This document shows positions 45,388 through 55,976 of a DNA stretch of 64,000 nt, piece after piece. The notes beneath the pieces are model-generated. The model was not told the DNA's origin. It made no database searches and saw only the letters and a program-made list of their open reading frames with translations. Source of the stretch: an uncultured Chloroflexia bacterium (GTDB lineage Bacteria; Chloroflexota; Limnocylindria; Limnocylindrales; CSP1-4); assembly GCA_963713975.1 (NCBI GenBank), contig OY970218.1, forward strand, positions 2,240,001-2,304,000. The letters are read 5' to 3'. A program made the position numbers and the translations under genes. Numbering within the stretch: the stretch's first letter is position 1; each line of letters begins with the position of its first letter.

Positions 45388-46272
45388 ATGCCGCACCCGG
45401 TCGATCCCGACTCCGCCCTGCGTGCAGCCTTGCACGGGGTCCGCGCGCTGCTGCTTGACCTCGATGGCGTGCTGGTCGCCAAGGGGGCGGCCGTGCCCGG
45501 CGCGGTCGAGGCGCTGGCCGAGCTGGACCGGCGGCGGTTCCCATACCTGGTGGTGACCAACACCTCGCTCGTCTCGCGGGCGACGCTGGCCCGGTGGGGG
45601 AGGGGCGTCGGCTTCAACATCCCCGCGGACCGGTTCCAGTCGGCGCTCTCGGCGTCGGCCGCCATGGTGCGGCGGGAGTATGGCGACCGGCCGGTCTACG
45701 TGATCACGTCGGACGATGCACGGGTGGAGTTCGAGGGCGTCAACCTGGTGGATGCGGCGATGGCGGACGCGTCGCCGGCCGACGTCGCGGCGGTCGTCAT
45801 CGGCGATTCACCGGACCAGCTGACGAAGGCCAACCTGGACCGCGCCTTCCGGCTGGTCCGCGGCGGCGTGGCGCTCATCGGCATGCACCGCAATGCCTGG
45901 TGGCTGACCGAGCAGGGACCCACCCTGGATGCCGGCGCCTTCCTCGTCGGCCTCGAGTACGCGACCGGCAAGCGCGCGAGGACTGTCGGCAAGCCCTCCG
46001 CCGAGAGCTTCAGGCTGGGCTTCGGGCGGCTGGCCGCGGAGGCCCGCGAGCTCGGCGAGCCCCGGCTGCTCCGGCGCGAGGTGGCGATGGTTGGCGACGA
46101 CGTCACCAACGACATCGGCGGCGCGCAGCGGGCGAGCCTGCTCGGGATCTTCGTCCGCACCGGCAAGCACGGCGACGCGGAGCTGGCTGCGGCAGCGAGC
46201 CGCGGGCGGGGCGCGGTCCACCCGGCTGGGATCGCCCCATCGATCGCGGAGGTCGTCGCAGCGCTGCCGTAG
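45388..46272 (+). CDS. HAD-IIA family hydrolase
   Basis: LLDLDGVL, VTN, VGKPS, MVGDDVTNDIGGA, VRTGK. Confidence 0.9.
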   Translation: MPHPVDPDSALRAALHGVRALLLDLDGVLVAKGAAVPGAVEALAELDRRRFPYLVVTNTSLVSRATLARWGRGVGFNIPADRFQSALSASAAMVRREYGDRPVYVITSDDARVEFEGVNLVDAAMADASPADVAAVVIGDSPDQLTKANLDRAFRLVRGGVALIGMHRNAWWLTEQGPTLDAGAFLVGLEYATGKRARTVGKPSAESFRLGFGRLAAEARELGEPRLLRREVAMVGDDVTNDIGGAQRASLLGIFVRTGKHGDAELAAAASRGRGAVHPAGIAPSIAEVVAALP

Positions 46273-46289
46273 CCGACTGGCCATCCGCT

Positions 46290-47909
46290 TCAGCTCGACG
46301 GGCGCGTCACCCGCACGTCGTCGATCCCGGCCTCCACGAGGGACGACCGGCCGGCGTCTTCCGCTTCGAACAGGATCCGGATCCGCTGCCCCGCCCAGGC
46401 GTCCAGGTTCACGGACGCCGAGCCCCACCGCCCGGCGACAACGGCCGCCGACCCGGTCCGCTGCCAGACCGTGCTCCGCGTCCCGTCCTCCGCCTCCACC
46501 ACGACCCGCAGGTGGTCCGCCGCGGAGGATCTGGCGTTGTGGGCGAACAGCCATCGGAACGCCAGGCGCTGGCCGGCGGAGGCCGGCATGGCGATCGGCG
46601 CCGAGCGGACGGTCGTTCGCCCGTCCAGGTCGTTGGTGGACGGCCCGTTCCCGGCCGGCGCGCCCGTGACGAGGGCCATCCGTCCGGACGGCACGGCGCC
46701 GCGCTGCATCACGACAGCGGCCGCCTTCGTCGTCATCGGATCTCCTCGCGTCCAGCGGCCCGACGCCGGCGCCGTGTCGGTCCCGTCCGGGTTCACCGTC
46801 CAGCCCCCGGCCACCTCGAGGTCGTCGTCGAACGCCCCGCAGCGGGCATCGCGCACGGCCGCCCCGAGCACCCCGAGCGGGCACCATGCCCGCTCCGCGA
46901 GGTACAGGACGGCCTCCTTGTTGCGCGCGGTCTCGGACGCGATCCTCGTGTCCTTCGGGTAGTCGACCCTGGACAGCTCGAACGTGTAGGAGAAGATCCG
47001 GTACGTGCCGTACTCGTAGTCGCGCGTCGTGCCCGAGGTGACGTACAGGTCACTCGCCTGCTCGGGGTGATAGCCGTTGGTGGCGGCCATGTGCCGGCCG
47101 ATGGCGGCCAGCGCCGCGCGGTCCTGCGCCGTCATGTCGGCCGGCACGTCCTTCTTCGTGTAGCCGTAGGGCCACATGACGAGGCGGCCGTACTCGTGGA
47201 AGGTGATCGCCGCGCGGATCTGCTGGCGCCCGCCCACGACCCGGCTGGCGAGGAAGCTGCGGAAGGCGCGGGTCTCGGGCGCGGAGAAGGCGGAGCGACC
47301 GCGATACGTGATCGCCAGCGGGTTCTTGCTGGTCTTGCCGCCCCCGCCCCAGCGGTAGCCGTAGTTGCGGTTGAGGTCCGTGCCGACCGTCCCGTTCGCG
47401 TTCGGCTGGCGGTTCTTGCGCCAGTGGTGGAAGCGGCCGTCCCGGATGTCGAACTCGGCGCCGTCCGGGTTCGCCGCGAACACGATCCAGATCTCGCGGG
47501 TGTTGACGATGCTCGTGATCCGCTGGTCCGTCCCGTACCCGTCCGCCAGCCAGTGAAGGATCCGGAGTGTCATCTCGAGGCTCATGTGCTCGTCGCCGTG
47601 GTGGAGTCCGTCGAACAGGACCTCGGGCTCGGCCTCGTCCGTGGCGACGTTGTCGCTGATCTTGGCCGCCCACAGCTGGCGGCCCTTGTGGCTGGTTCCG
47701 ATCGAGAGCCGCTGGACGATGCCGGGGTGTGCGGCGGCCACGGCGGCGACCTCGGCGCTCATCTCCGCGTAGGTGTGGAACCCCTCGTAGCCCGGCGGGA
47801 ACTCGCTGGCCGCCAGGGCGGGGGACGCGGGCGCTCCCAGGCCTGCCAGGATGCCGGCGACGATCGCGACGACTGCGGTGGCTAACCGGGCTCGACGGAT
47901 GGGGGGCAT
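46290..47909 (-). CDS. Secreted M14 zinc carboxypeptidase (carboxypeptidase T-like) with C-terminal domain
   Basis: Signal peptide, HHGDEH (HxxE), NPDG, WRKNR, DLNRNY, FHEYG, TFEL. Confidence 0.9.
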   Translation of the reverse strand: MPPIRRARLATAVVAIVAGILAGLGAPASPALAASEFPPGYEGFHTYAEMSAEVAAVAAAHPGIVQRLSIGTSHKGRQLWAAKISDNVATDEAEPEVLFDGLHHGDEHMSLEMTLRILHWLADGYGTDQRITSIVNTREIWIVFAANPDGAEFDIRDGRFHHWRKNRQPNANGTVGTDLNRNYGYRWGGGGKTSKNPLAITYRGRSAFSAPETRAFRSFLASRVVGGRQQIRAAITFHEYGRLVMWPYGYTKKDVPADMTAQDRAALAAIGRHMAATNGYHPEQASDLYVTSGTTRDYEYGTYRIFSYTFELSRVDYPKDTRIASETARNKEAVLYLAERAWCPLGVLGAAVRDARCGAFDDDLEVAGGWTVNPDGTDTAPASGRWTRGDPMTTKAAAVVMQRGAVPSGRMALVTGAPAGNGPSTNDLDGRTTVRSAPIAMPASAGQRLAFRWLFAHNARSSAADHLRVVVEAEDGTRSTVWQRTGSAAVVAGRWGSASVNLDAWAGQRIRILFEAEDAGRSSLVEAGIDDVRVTRPSS

Positions 47910-48048
47910 GCCGCCCAGTGTGGCGCCTCCCGGCAAGCGCGTGTATGGCACGGGAGTCCCGGTCCCGGCACTAGACTCTTGGGCAACGAACCCGTCGACC
48001 CCGCGCGTCCGTCCGTGACACCGGCGCGCCCCAAGGGAGCCAACTCCA

Positions 48049-49614
48049 ATGGCCGAGCGGATCAAGATCACCTACGCGACCCTGCGCAACGACAACGAGG
48101 AGCTCCACGCGCTCTACGAGGCCGGGCTGGAGAAGGCCAAGGCCCGCCTGGGCGTCTACCACCGGAACTTCATCGACGGCGCGGAGCGCGACGGTGACGG
48201 CGCCTTCGAGGTCCGGTCGCCGATCGACCGGGACATCCTCGTGGGGACGTTTGCCCGCGGCACCCGGACCGACGTGCAGGACGCCGTCGCCGCCGCCCGC
48301 CGTGCGCAACCCGCCTGGTTCCGCCTGGGCTGGGAGAAGCGGCTCGAGATCCTCAAGGCCGCCGCGGAGCTCATCTCCGAGCGCCAGATGGAGTACGGCG
48401 GCCTGATGGCGATCGAGGTCGGCAAGACCCGTCTGGAGGCCCTGGGCGAGGTCGAGGAAGCAGCGGACCTGATCCGCTACTACGCGAAGACCGCCGAGGA
48501 CAACCTGCTCTACGACCACCCGATGGACAACCTGGGCGACGCGGCGGTGCACACCCGCTCGATCCTCCGGCCGCACGGCGTGTTCGCGGTCATCAGCCCG
48601 TTCAACTTCCCGATGGCGCTCTCGGTGGGGCCGTCCTCCGCTGCCCTGATGGCCGGCAACGCCGTCGTGTTCAAGCCGGCGTCCGTCGCGGCCATGTCGG
48701 CCATCGCGCTGATGGAGGTCTATCGCGACGCCGGTGTCCCCGACGGCGTGTTCAACCTCGTCATGGGCCCCGGCGACACGGTCGGCGCGGAGCTCCAGGA
48801 AAACCAGGGCATCGACGGCATCGTGTTCACCGGGTCGTACGAGGTGGGCTTCGAGCTGTTCCGCAACTTCAGCAAGCGCTATCCGCGCCCGTGCATCGTG
48901 GAGATGGGCGGGAAGAACCCGGCGATCGTGCTGCGCAGCGCGGACCTCGAGGAGGCCGCCGAGGGCATCATGCGGGCCGCGTTCGGCTACGGTGGCCAGA
49001 AGTGCTCGGCCAACAGCCGCGTCTACGTGGAGCGCCCGGTCCACGACGAGCTGGTCCGGATCCTGGTCGAGAAGACGGAGAAGCTGGTCGTCGGCGACCC
49101 GCTGCCGCGGACCGCGTTCCTCGGCCCCGTGATCGACGAGCGCGCCGTCGCCCGCCACCAGCAGGCCGTGGCCGAGGCCCGCCGTGACGGCACCGTGTTC
49201 ACCGGTGGCGAGCACCTCACCGACGGCGACTTCGCCCGGGGCTTCTACGTGGAGCCGACGGTCGTCGGCCTGCCGCCCCAGCATCGCCTGTTCCAGGACG
49301 AGCTGTTCGCGCCGTTCACGGCGGTCGCCGCCGTGAACTCGCTGGACGAGGCACTCGCCTTCGCCAACGACAACGTCTACGGCCTCACTGCCGGCGTGTA
49401 CTCGGAGGACCCGGCCGAGGTCCAGCAGTTCCTGGAGGAGATTCAGGCGGGCGTGCTGTACGTCAACCGGCGGGCCGGTGCCACGACCGGCGCCTGGCCG
49501 GGCGTGCAGGCGTTCGGCGGCTGGAAGGGCTCCGGTTCCACCGGCAAGTCCGGCCTGTCGATGTACTACGTGGCGCAGTTCCTGCGCGAGCAGAGCCACA
49601 CCGTCGTCGACTGA
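48049..49614 (+). CDS. Aldehyde dehydrogenase (P5C dehydrogenase-like)
   Basis: [42 protein letters not shown]. Confidence 0.92.
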   Translation: MAERIKITYATLRNDNEELHALYEAGLEKAKARLGVYHRNFIDGAERDGDGAFEVRSPIDRDILVGTFARGTRTDVQDAVAAARRAQPAWFRLGWEKRLEILKAAAELISERQMEYGGLMAIEVGKTRLEALGEVEEAADLIRYYAKTAEDNLLYDHPMDNLGDAAVHTRSILRPHGVFAVISPFNFPMALSVGPSSAALMAGNAVVFKPASVAAMSAIALMEVYRDAGVPDGVFNLVMGPGDTVGAELQENQGIDGIVFTGSYEVGFELFRNFSKRYPRPCIVEMGGKNPAIVLRSADLEEAAEGIMRAAFGYGGQKCSANSRVYVERPVHDELVRILVEKTEKLVVGDPLPRTAFLGPVIDERAVARHQQAVAEARRDGTVFTGGEHLTDGDFARGFYVEPTVVGLPPQHRLFQDELFAPFTAVAAVNSLDEALAFANDNVYGLTAGVYSEDPAEVQQFLEEIQAGVLYVNRRAGATTGAWPGVQAFGGWKGSGSTGKSGLSMYYVAQFLREQSHTVVD

Positions 49615-49626
49615 CGGTGGAACCAG

Positions 49627-49651
49627 GCGGGACCCGGCAGCCGGGTCCCGC
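49627..49651. terminator. Perfect 11-bp intergenic hairpin without U-tract
   Basis: GCGGGACCCGG-CAG-CCGGGTCCCGC. Confidence 0.45.
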
Positions 49652-49669
49652 TCGATGCCGGAGCCTGCC

Positions 49670-50689
49670 GTGACCCTCGCCGATTTTCCCCGTGTACCCC
49701 TCCTGTTCGGCCCGTCGCCGATCCATCGCCTCGATCGCCTGACGAAGCATCTCGCTGGCGCCACCATCTGGGCCAAGCGGGAGGACTGCAACAGCGGCCT
49801 CGCTTTCGGCGGCAACAAGGTGCGCAAGCTGGAGTACCTGCTCGCCGATGCGCTCGCGCAGGGATGCGACACGCTCGTGTCCATCGGCGGTGTCCAGTCC
49901 AACCACACCCGGCAGGTTGCGGCGGTCGCCGCCCACGCGGGCCTCGGCTGCGTGCTTGTCCAGGAGCACTGGGTGGACTGGCCGGATGTGACCTACGACC
50001 GGGTCGGGAACATCCTCATGTCCCGGCTCATGGGTGCGGACGTGCGCCTGCATCCGGCGGGCTTCGGGATCGGGTTCAAGGAGAGCTGGGAGCAGGCGCT
50101 CGCCGATGTCGAGGCGGCCGGCGGCAAGCCGTACGCGATCCCGGCCGGTGCCTCCGACCACCCGCTCGGCGGGCATGGGTTCGCGGGCTGGGCGATGGAG
50201 GTGGCCCGCCAGGAGGAGGAGCTGGGCGTCTTCTTCGACACGATCGTCGTCTGCTCGGTCACCGGGTCCACGCAGGCCGGGATGATCGCCGGGTTCGCGG
50301 TCCTGGAGGATGCCGGCGGACGGCCTCGGCGCGTCGTGGGTGTCGATGGGTCTGCCACGCCGCTCGAGACGCGGGAGCAGGTCGCCCGCATCGCGCGGAG
50401 GACGGCGACCGCCATCGGCCTGGGACGGGAGCTGCGCCCGGACGAGGTGATCCTTGACGACCGCTACCACGCCGGCGTGTACGGCATCCCGGACGAGGTG
50501 ACCCTCGAGGCCATGCGGCTTGTCGCGCGGCTCGAGGGGATGATCACGGACCCCGTCTACGAGGGGAAGTCGATGGCCGGCCTGGTCGACATGGTGGCCC
50601 GTGGGGAGATCGGGAAGGGGAGCAACGTCCTCTACGCGCACCTCGGAGGACAGCCGGCGATCAACGCCTACGCCTCGCTGTTCGGCTGA
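49670..50689 (+). CDS. acdS: 1-aminocyclopropane-1-carboxylate deaminase
   Basis: [40 protein letters not shown] (diagnostic Glu), YAHLGG (diagnostic Leu); start GTG 49670 or ATG 49655. Confidence 0.92.
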   Translation: MTLADFPRVPLLFGPSPIHRLDRLTKHLAGATIWAKREDCNSGLAFGGNKVRKLEYLLADALAQGCDTLVSIGGVQSNHTRQVAAVAAHAGLGCVLVQEHWVDWPDVTYDRVGNILMSRLMGADVRLHPAGFGIGFKESWEQALADVEAAGGKPYAIPAGASDHPLGGHGFAGWAMEVARQEEELGVFFDTIVVCSVTGSTQAGMIAGFAVLEDAGGRPRRVVGVDGSATPLETREQVARIARRTATAIGLGRELRPDEVILDDRYHAGVYGIPDEVTLEAMRLVARLEGMITDPVYEGKSMAGLVDMVARGEIGKGSNVLYAHLGGQPAINAYASLFG

Positions 50690-50740
50690 CGATCCGCGGG
50701 CCGGTCGTCCCCGGTGAGGCCCAGGTCGCCCGGACGCGCT

Positions 50741-50778
50741 CTGCTATGCTCGTATGCACTCTGCATAGGATCTATGCG
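50741..50778 (+). promoter_or_regulatory. Extended -10 with overlapping palindromes (candidate operator)
   Basis: TGCTATGCT, then TATGCA-CTC-TGCATA (50753-50767) overlapping GCATAG-GAT-CTATGC. Confidence 0.5.
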
Positions 50779-50825
50779 CTCGGGTCGTGGTTGGCCCGCC
50801 CGCCCAATGCCCTCGAGGAGGCCCC

Positions 50826-52184
50826 GTGACCACCCCGCTCCAGGAGCGTCCGCTGCCGGACATCGTGACCGACCTGCCGGGCCCTAAGGCCCGTGCCCAC
50901 ATCGAGTTCGACCACGCCTGGACGAGCCCCAGCCTCCCCCGCGCCTACCCGATCGTTCCCGTCCGTGGCATCGGCTGCGCCATCGAGGACATCGACGGCA
51001 ACGTGTTCCTGGACTTCGCCGCCGGAATCGCGGTGAACTCCACCGGCCACAGCCACCCCGATGTCGTCGCGGCGATCAAGCGCCAGGCCGACGAGCTCCA
51101 GCACTTCTCCGCGAGCGACTTCTACCTGCCGATCTACGCCCAGGCGGCCGCCGAGCTTGCCCGCATCGCGCCCATGGCCGGACCCGCCAGGGTGTTCATC
51201 GGCAACTCCGGCGCCGAGGCGGTTGAGGCAGCCCTCAAGCTCGCCCGGTACCACACCCGCCGCCCCAACTTGATCGCCTTCCTGGGGGCGTTCCACGGCA
51301 GGACGATGGGCGCGGTCAGCCTGACGGCGTCCAAGGCCAAGTACCACGCGCACTTCGGGCCCTTGATGCAGGGCGTCTACCACGTTCCGTACGGGCTCGA
51401 GGGCCTGGACGAGCTCGAGAGCCGGGTCTTCAAGCGCCTGATGCCCGCCGATGAGTTCGCAGCCGTGATCGTGGAGCCGATCCAGGGGGAGGGCGGCTAC
51501 GTCGTTCCCGAGGACGACTTCCTGCCGCGGCTCCGCGAGCTGTGCGATCGGCACGGCATGCTGCTGATCGCGGACGAGATCCAGTCGGGCGCGGGTCGCA
51601 CCGGCAAGATGTGGGCGATCCAGCACTGGGACGTGGAGCCCGACATCCTGCTGACCGCCAAGGGCATCGGCTCGGGCATGCCGGTGGGCGCCATGATCGC
51701 ACGCTCCGACGTGATGAGCTGGGGTCCGGGGGCCCACGGCAGCACCTACGGTGGCAACCCCATCTCCCTGGCCGCGCTGATGGAAACGGTCCGGCTGCTC
51801 GAGGGCGGCCTGATCGCCAACGCCGGCCTGCGGGGCCGCCAGATCCAGGACGGCCTCCGACCGCTGCTGGACGAGTTCCCGGCAATCGTGAAGGACGTCC
51901 GTGGCAAGGGGTTGATGATCGGCATCCAGTTCGACTCGGGCGACACGGCCGAGGCTGTGCAGATGCAGGCGTTCGATCGTGGCCTGCTGGTGCTCGAGGC
52001 CGGCGACGACTGCGTACGGATGTCGCCACCGCTGGTGGTCACCGACGCCGAGGCCACAACCGCCGTGCGGATCTTCGCGGAGGCGGTCGCCCATGTCGCC
52101 GCCCATCGCTCGGAGGACATGCGGGAGGTCGATCTCGAGGTCAGCCAGGGGTTGTCGACACGCGGGATCGAGTCGGCCGGCTGA
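50826..52184 (+). CDS. Class III PLP aminotransferase (GabT/ArgD-like)
   Basis: DIDGNVFLDFAAGIAV, NSGAEAVE, FHGRT, EPIQGEGG, DEIQSGAGRTG, TAKG; GAGGAGG RBS. Confidence 0.92.
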   Translation: MTTPLQERPLPDIVTDLPGPKARAHIEFDHAWTSPSLPRAYPIVPVRGIGCAIEDIDGNVFLDFAAGIAVNSTGHSHPDVVAAIKRQADELQHFSASDFYLPIYAQAAAELARIAPMAGPARVFIGNSGAEAVEAALKLARYHTRRPNLIAFLGAFHGRTMGAVSLTASKAKYHAHFGPLMQGVYHVPYGLEGLDELESRVFKRLMPADEFAAVIVEPIQGEGGYVVPEDDFLPRLRELCDRHGMLLIADEIQSGAGRTGKMWAIQHWDVEPDILLTAKGIGSGMPVGAMIARSDVMSWGPGAHGSTYGGNPISLAALMETVRLLEGGLIANAGLRGRQIQDGLRPLLDEFPAIVKDVRGKGLMIGIQFDSGDTAEAVQMQAFDRGLLVLEAGDDCVRMSPPLVVTDAEATTAVRIFAEAVAHVAAHRSEDMREVDLEVSQGLSTRGIESAG

Positions 52185-52230
52185 GCCTGGCGGATGACGG
52201 GGACGAGCTGACGACCGGAGGAGGATCGCC

Positions 52231-53157
52231 ATGCCGGGCAAGGTCGCATCGATGCGCGATGCCGTCGCCGGGCTCGTGCGCGACGGCGACACCGTGGCGA
52301 TCGAGGGGTTCACCCACCTCATCGGCTTCTCGGCCGGCCACGAGATCATCCGCCAGCGCAAGCGTGACCTGACCCTCGCCCGCATGACCCCGGACGTCAT
52401 CTACGACCAGATGATCGCCGGCGGCGTCGCCCGCAAGCTGATCTTCTCCTGGCTGGGCAACCCGGGCGTTGGCGGCCTGAACGCCATCCGGCGCCGCATC
52501 GAGCCGGCCTCGGTGGGGGAGGGGACGGCGCTCGAGGTCGAGGAGTACAGCCACTTCGGCATGGTCGCCCGGTACACCGCCGGTGCCTCCAACCTGCCGT
52601 TCATGCCGCTGCGCTCGTACTTCGAGACGGACCTGCCGAAGGCGAACCCGCTCATCCGCGAGATCCGGTCCCCGTACTCGGACGAGGTCGTCTACGCGGT
52701 GCCGCCGCTCACCCCGGACGTGACGGTGATCCACGCCCAGCGGGCAGATGCGAACGGCAACACCCAGATCTGGGGCCTGCTGGGCTGCCAGAAGGAAGCC
52801 GCGTTCGCCGCCGATCGCGTCATCGTCGTGGTCGAGGAGCTGGTCGAGGAGGCGGTCATCCGGGCGGACCCCAACCGCACGGTGATCCCGGGGCTGATCG
52901 TCGACGCCGTGGTGGTGGACCCGTTCGGTGCGCACCCGAGCTACGTCCAGGGCGCCTACGACCGTGACAACCGCTTCTATCTCGACTGGGATCCGATCAG
53001 CCGGGACGAGGAGAGGACCCAGGCCTGGCTCCGCGAGTGGGTCTACGACCTGTCGGACCGGTCCGCCTATGTCCAGAAGATGGGTGCCGAGCGCTGGGCC
53101 GGCCTCAAGCCCGGCAGCGCCCCGTCGGGCTCCGTCGACTACGGTGCCTACCGATGA
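52231..53157 (+). CDS. Family I CoA-transferase subunit A (glutaconate/3-oxoadipate type)
   Basis: DGDTVAIEGFTHLI, SWLGNPGVG, EEYSH, HAQRAD, AHPSY. Confidence 0.9.
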   Translation: MPGKVASMRDAVAGLVRDGDTVAIEGFTHLIGFSAGHEIIRQRKRDLTLARMTPDVIYDQMIAGGVARKLIFSWLGNPGVGGLNAIRRRIEPASVGEGTALEVEEYSHFGMVARYTAGASNLPFMPLRSYFETDLPKANPLIREIRSPYSDEVVYAVPPLTPDVTVIHAQRADANGNTQIWGLLGCQKEAAFAADRVIVVVEELVEEAVIRADPNRTVIPGLIVDAVVVDPFGAHPSYVQGAYDRDNRFYLDWDPISRDEERTQAWLREWVYDLSDRSAYVQKMGAERWAGLKPGSAPSGSVDYGAYR

Positions 53158-53948
53158 CGGGCACGTCGGCCCCCAGCCTCGGCTTCTCGAAGTCCGAGAT
53201 GATGATCGTCGCCGCCGCGCGCGAGCTCGAGGGACAGCACGTCTGCTTCGTCGGGGTAGGGCTGCCCAACATCGCGGTCAACCTCGCCAAGCGCACGGTT
53301 GCCCTCGACATGGAGCTGGTGTACGAGGCGGGCGTCTTCGGCGCCCGTCCGGCCCGGCTGCCGCTCTCCATCGGAGATCCCACCATCGTGACCGGCGCCA
53401 CCGCGGTGGTCTCCATGTTCGAGCTGTTCTCGTTCTACCTGCAGCGGGGCCTGATCGACGTGGGCTTCCTGGGGGCCGCCCAGATCGACAGGTTCGGCAA
53501 CATCAACACCACGGTGATCGGGGACTACGAGCACCCGAAGACGCGGTTGCCGGGGTCCGGCGGTGCCTGCGAGATCGCGATCAACGCCCGGCAGGTGTTC
53601 GTGATCATGCGCCAATCGTCCCGGTCGTTCGTCGAGCAGATCGACTTCCGCACCTCGCCCGGCAATCTCGGCGGCGCCGAGCAGGCGGAGCGGATCCGCA
53701 AGGCCGGCGGCTGGAAGGGGCGAGGCCCGTCGGTCGTCGTCACGGACCTCGGGATCTGGCACTTCGACGAGACCGGCGAGATGCGCCTGGACTTCCTCCA
53801 CCCCGGCGCCACCCTGGAAGAGGTCCGCGCCACGATCGCGTGGGAGCCGAAGATCAGCCCGGAGCTGCGGGCGACGCCCGCCCCGACGGCGGAGGAGCTG
53901 CGCCTCGTCCGCGAGGAGCTGGATCCCGAGGGCGTCTACACCAAGTAG
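53154..53948 (+). CDS. Family I CoA-transferase subunit B
   Basis: ATGA overlap; FVGVGLP, LVYEAG (catalytic Glu), AQIDRFGNINTT, RLPGSGGA. Confidence 0.9.
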   Translation: MTGTSAPSLGFSKSEMMIVAAARELEGQHVCFVGVGLPNIAVNLAKRTVALDMELVYEAGVFGARPARLPLSIGDPTIVTGATAVVSMFELFSFYLQRGLIDVGFLGAAQIDRFGNINTTVIGDYEHPKTRLPGSGGACEIAINARQVFVIMRQSSRSFVEQIDFRTSPGNLGGAEQAERIRKAGGWKGRGPSVVVTDLGIWHFDETGEMRLDFLHPGATLEEVRATIAWEPKISPELRATPAPTAEELRLVREELDPEGVYTK

Positions 53949-53968
53949 CGTGGGGAATGGCCTCCCGG

Positions 53969-54340
53969 CTACGCGGCGCGACGGGTCGTGAGCGCGGCGG
54001 CCTCCCAGCGCGTGATCGGCCTGGTCCGACGCCCCGACGCCGGCAGCAGGTGCTCGAGGACGTACTCGACCGTGTCCGCGAAGATGATCTCGGCGTGGGT
54101 CATCGGCAGCCGGAGGACCCCGCACGCCATGCTGGCTGCGCGCCGGTAGCGCCGGAGGGTTGTCCGATCGGGGGCCAGTTCCGATGTGCCGGTCCGGTCG
54201 GCATCGACGGTCATGAGGTCGACGGCAAGGTTCCGGGCTGCAGCCTCGCGATCCCCCTCGTGCAGCGCCAGGTAGCGTCGTTCGAGCTCATCGACCACGG
54301 GGCTCCGACGGGCGAACGGCGTCGTGGGCTGGGCGAACAC
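53969..54340 (-). CDS. Hypothetical protein (123 aa)
   Basis: GGAGG RBS before GTG 54340; fills the intergenic gap; no family recognised. Confidence 0.6.
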   Translation of the reverse strand: MFAQPTTPFARRSPVVDELERRYLALHEGDREAAARNLAVDLMTVDADRTGTSELAPDRTTLRRYRRAASMACGVLRLPMTHAEIIFADTVEYVLEHLLPASGRRTRPITRWEAAALTTRRAA

Positions 54341-54563
54341 GGGTGGATCCTCCGTTGACTGGACGTCGGCCGCAGCGAAGGCCGCCGGGCCGCCGGGCCG
54401 GCGGGACACGTCCGCGGTCGGCCATCCCGAGCATGGCCGCCAACGGACAGCGGGTCATCCGGCCAAGCGTGCAGTCCGATGGTCAGTCGATTGCCGCAAC
54501 GACACGATCCGTCGCCGCCCGACGGAACGGGCCGGGCGGGGTCCGGGCGGAGTCCGGGCGGAG

Positions 54564-55340
54564 TCAGACCCCGACGTTCTGGGGCAGGCTGGCGATGACC
54601 ACGAGGCCGATCATGAACACCACGGCGGCCATCGAGATCATCGTCCGGCGCGTGATCGTGCCCTTGAACTTCGTCCCGACGCCGGCGAAGAACAGCACCG
54701 ATGCCATGAGCACGGCGACCAGGATGAAGTTGTCGCCGGTCTGGTTCGCCGCGCGAGCCTCGGCGGCGAGGTCCTCGGCCTGGGTCAACAGCTGATCAGA
54801 CTCCTGCTGCGCGGCGAGCTGGTACTCCGGCATCGAGAAGGGCGAGCCGTCGGGGACGGAGCCCGCCGGGACCGAGCCGAGCCAGGCCTGGAAGGCGGGC
54901 TTGAACTCCGCCCGGAACCGGTCCTCGTAGAAGGCCTTGAGGACGGGTCGTTCGGCGGCGTAGGCGTCCAGCCAGCCAATGAACGTGGCGACATCGACCT
55001 GCCGTTCGGCAAGCGCCGTGTTGGACGCCCGCACCGACTCGGACCGGGTCGCGCCCGCCGCACTGTAGGCGTTTGCCTGGACGCCGCCCCAGCGCGTCGC
55101 CTGGTAGGCCGACCAGGCCGAGGCGATCGTTGCCAGCGCCAGCAGCAGGGTGGCGGCAAGCTCGATCCAGTCGCTCTTGCCAAACCGCTCGGCCATCAGG
55201 TCGGCTCGATCCGCGAGGCTCCGGCTCCCATCCTCGTCGGGCTCGGCCGCCACCTCGCCGACGGGCTCCGGCGCGGGTTCGGCCGCCACCTCGCCGACGG
55301 GCTCCGGCGCAGGTTCGGTTCTGTCGTCAACAGGCGGCAT
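54564..55340 (-). CDS. Membrane protein (DUF4337-like) with 12-aa N-terminal duplication
   Basis: LLALATIASAWSAYQATRW, coiled region, two C-terminal TM helices; EPAPEPVGEVAA x2 (36-nt tandem 55243-55314). Confidence 0.75.
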   Translation of the reverse strand: MPPVDDRTEPAPEPVGEVAAEPAPEPVGEVAAEPDEDGSRSLADRADLMAERFGKSDWIELAATLLLALATIASAWSAYQATRWGGVQANAYSAAGATRSESVRASNTALAERQVDVATFIGWLDAYAAERPVLKAFYEDRFRAEFKPAFQAWLGSVPAGSVPDGSPFSMPEYQLAAQQESDQLLTQAEDLAAEARAANQTGDNFILVAVLMASVLFFAGVGTKFKGTITRRTMISMAAVVFMIGLVVIASLPQNVGV

Positions 55341-55443
55341 CGACCGGGGTCCTCTGGCGTGGTGGGGGGGTTGGCCGGATCATAGCGTGAGCGTTCGGCT
55401 ACAGCGCGACGATCGGTTGTGGGCCCGGAGGCGTGGCGCCGGC

Positions 55444-55962
55444 CTACTGGGCGTCCGACTCCCGGGGCCGGACCACAAGGACGGGACACGAGGCGTTGCG
55501 GACCACGTGCTCCGACACCGAACCGAGGAAGAGCCGTCCCACGGCACCGCGACCATGGCTGCCGACCAGCACCATGTCCACGCGCTCCGCCTCGGCGGCC
55601 TCCACGATCTGGTCACCCGGATCGCCGGTCCAGATCAGGAACGACACGTCGATGCCAAGCCGGCGGCCGCGCTCGACGAGCTCTTGCGCCTGCTGCTCGC
55701 GTCGCTCGCGGACCTGGTCCACGCGGGCTCGGAAGCGGCCCCCGGGCATCAGGAGTGAGCCCGGGTCGATGACCGAGACGATCAGCAGCGCCGCACCCAG
55801 CCGGGACGCCAGCTCGAATGCGTGCTCCGTTGCCGAGGACGAGGCCTCGCTCAGATCGGTCGCCAGGAGCAGCTTCTGCGGGCCGGTCGGCGGCGCGTCA
55901 TCGCGCGAGGGCTCCAGCCGGGGAGCTGTCTCGCGTTGTGATCGCGTCGCCATGACCGTCAT
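55444..55962 (-). CDS. Universal stress protein
   Basis: LLLATDLSEAS, GDPGDQIV, LVGSHGRG...LGSVSEHVVRNASCPVLVV. Confidence 0.92.
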   Translation of the reverse strand: MTVMATRSQRETAPRLEPSRDDAPPTGPQKLLLATDLSEASSSATEHAFELASRLGAALLIVSVIDPGSLLMPGGRFRARVDQVRERREQQAQELVERGRRLGIDVSFLIWTGDPGDQIVEAAEAERVDMVLVGSHGRGAVGRLFLGSVSEHVVRNASCPVLVVRPRESDAQ

Positions 55963-55976
55963 CCGTCCGATCCAGA

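Noticed and set aside
44182-49908. Long overlapping ORFs (N-part of the 696-aa ORF, 763 aa, 645 aa)
   Set aside because: Shadows of fabI/crcB, the carboxypeptidase and the ALDH on the opposite strand.
55243-55314. 36-nt direct repeat of CRISPR-like length
   Set aside because: Two adjacent copies with no spacer, in frame within a CDS; no cas genes.
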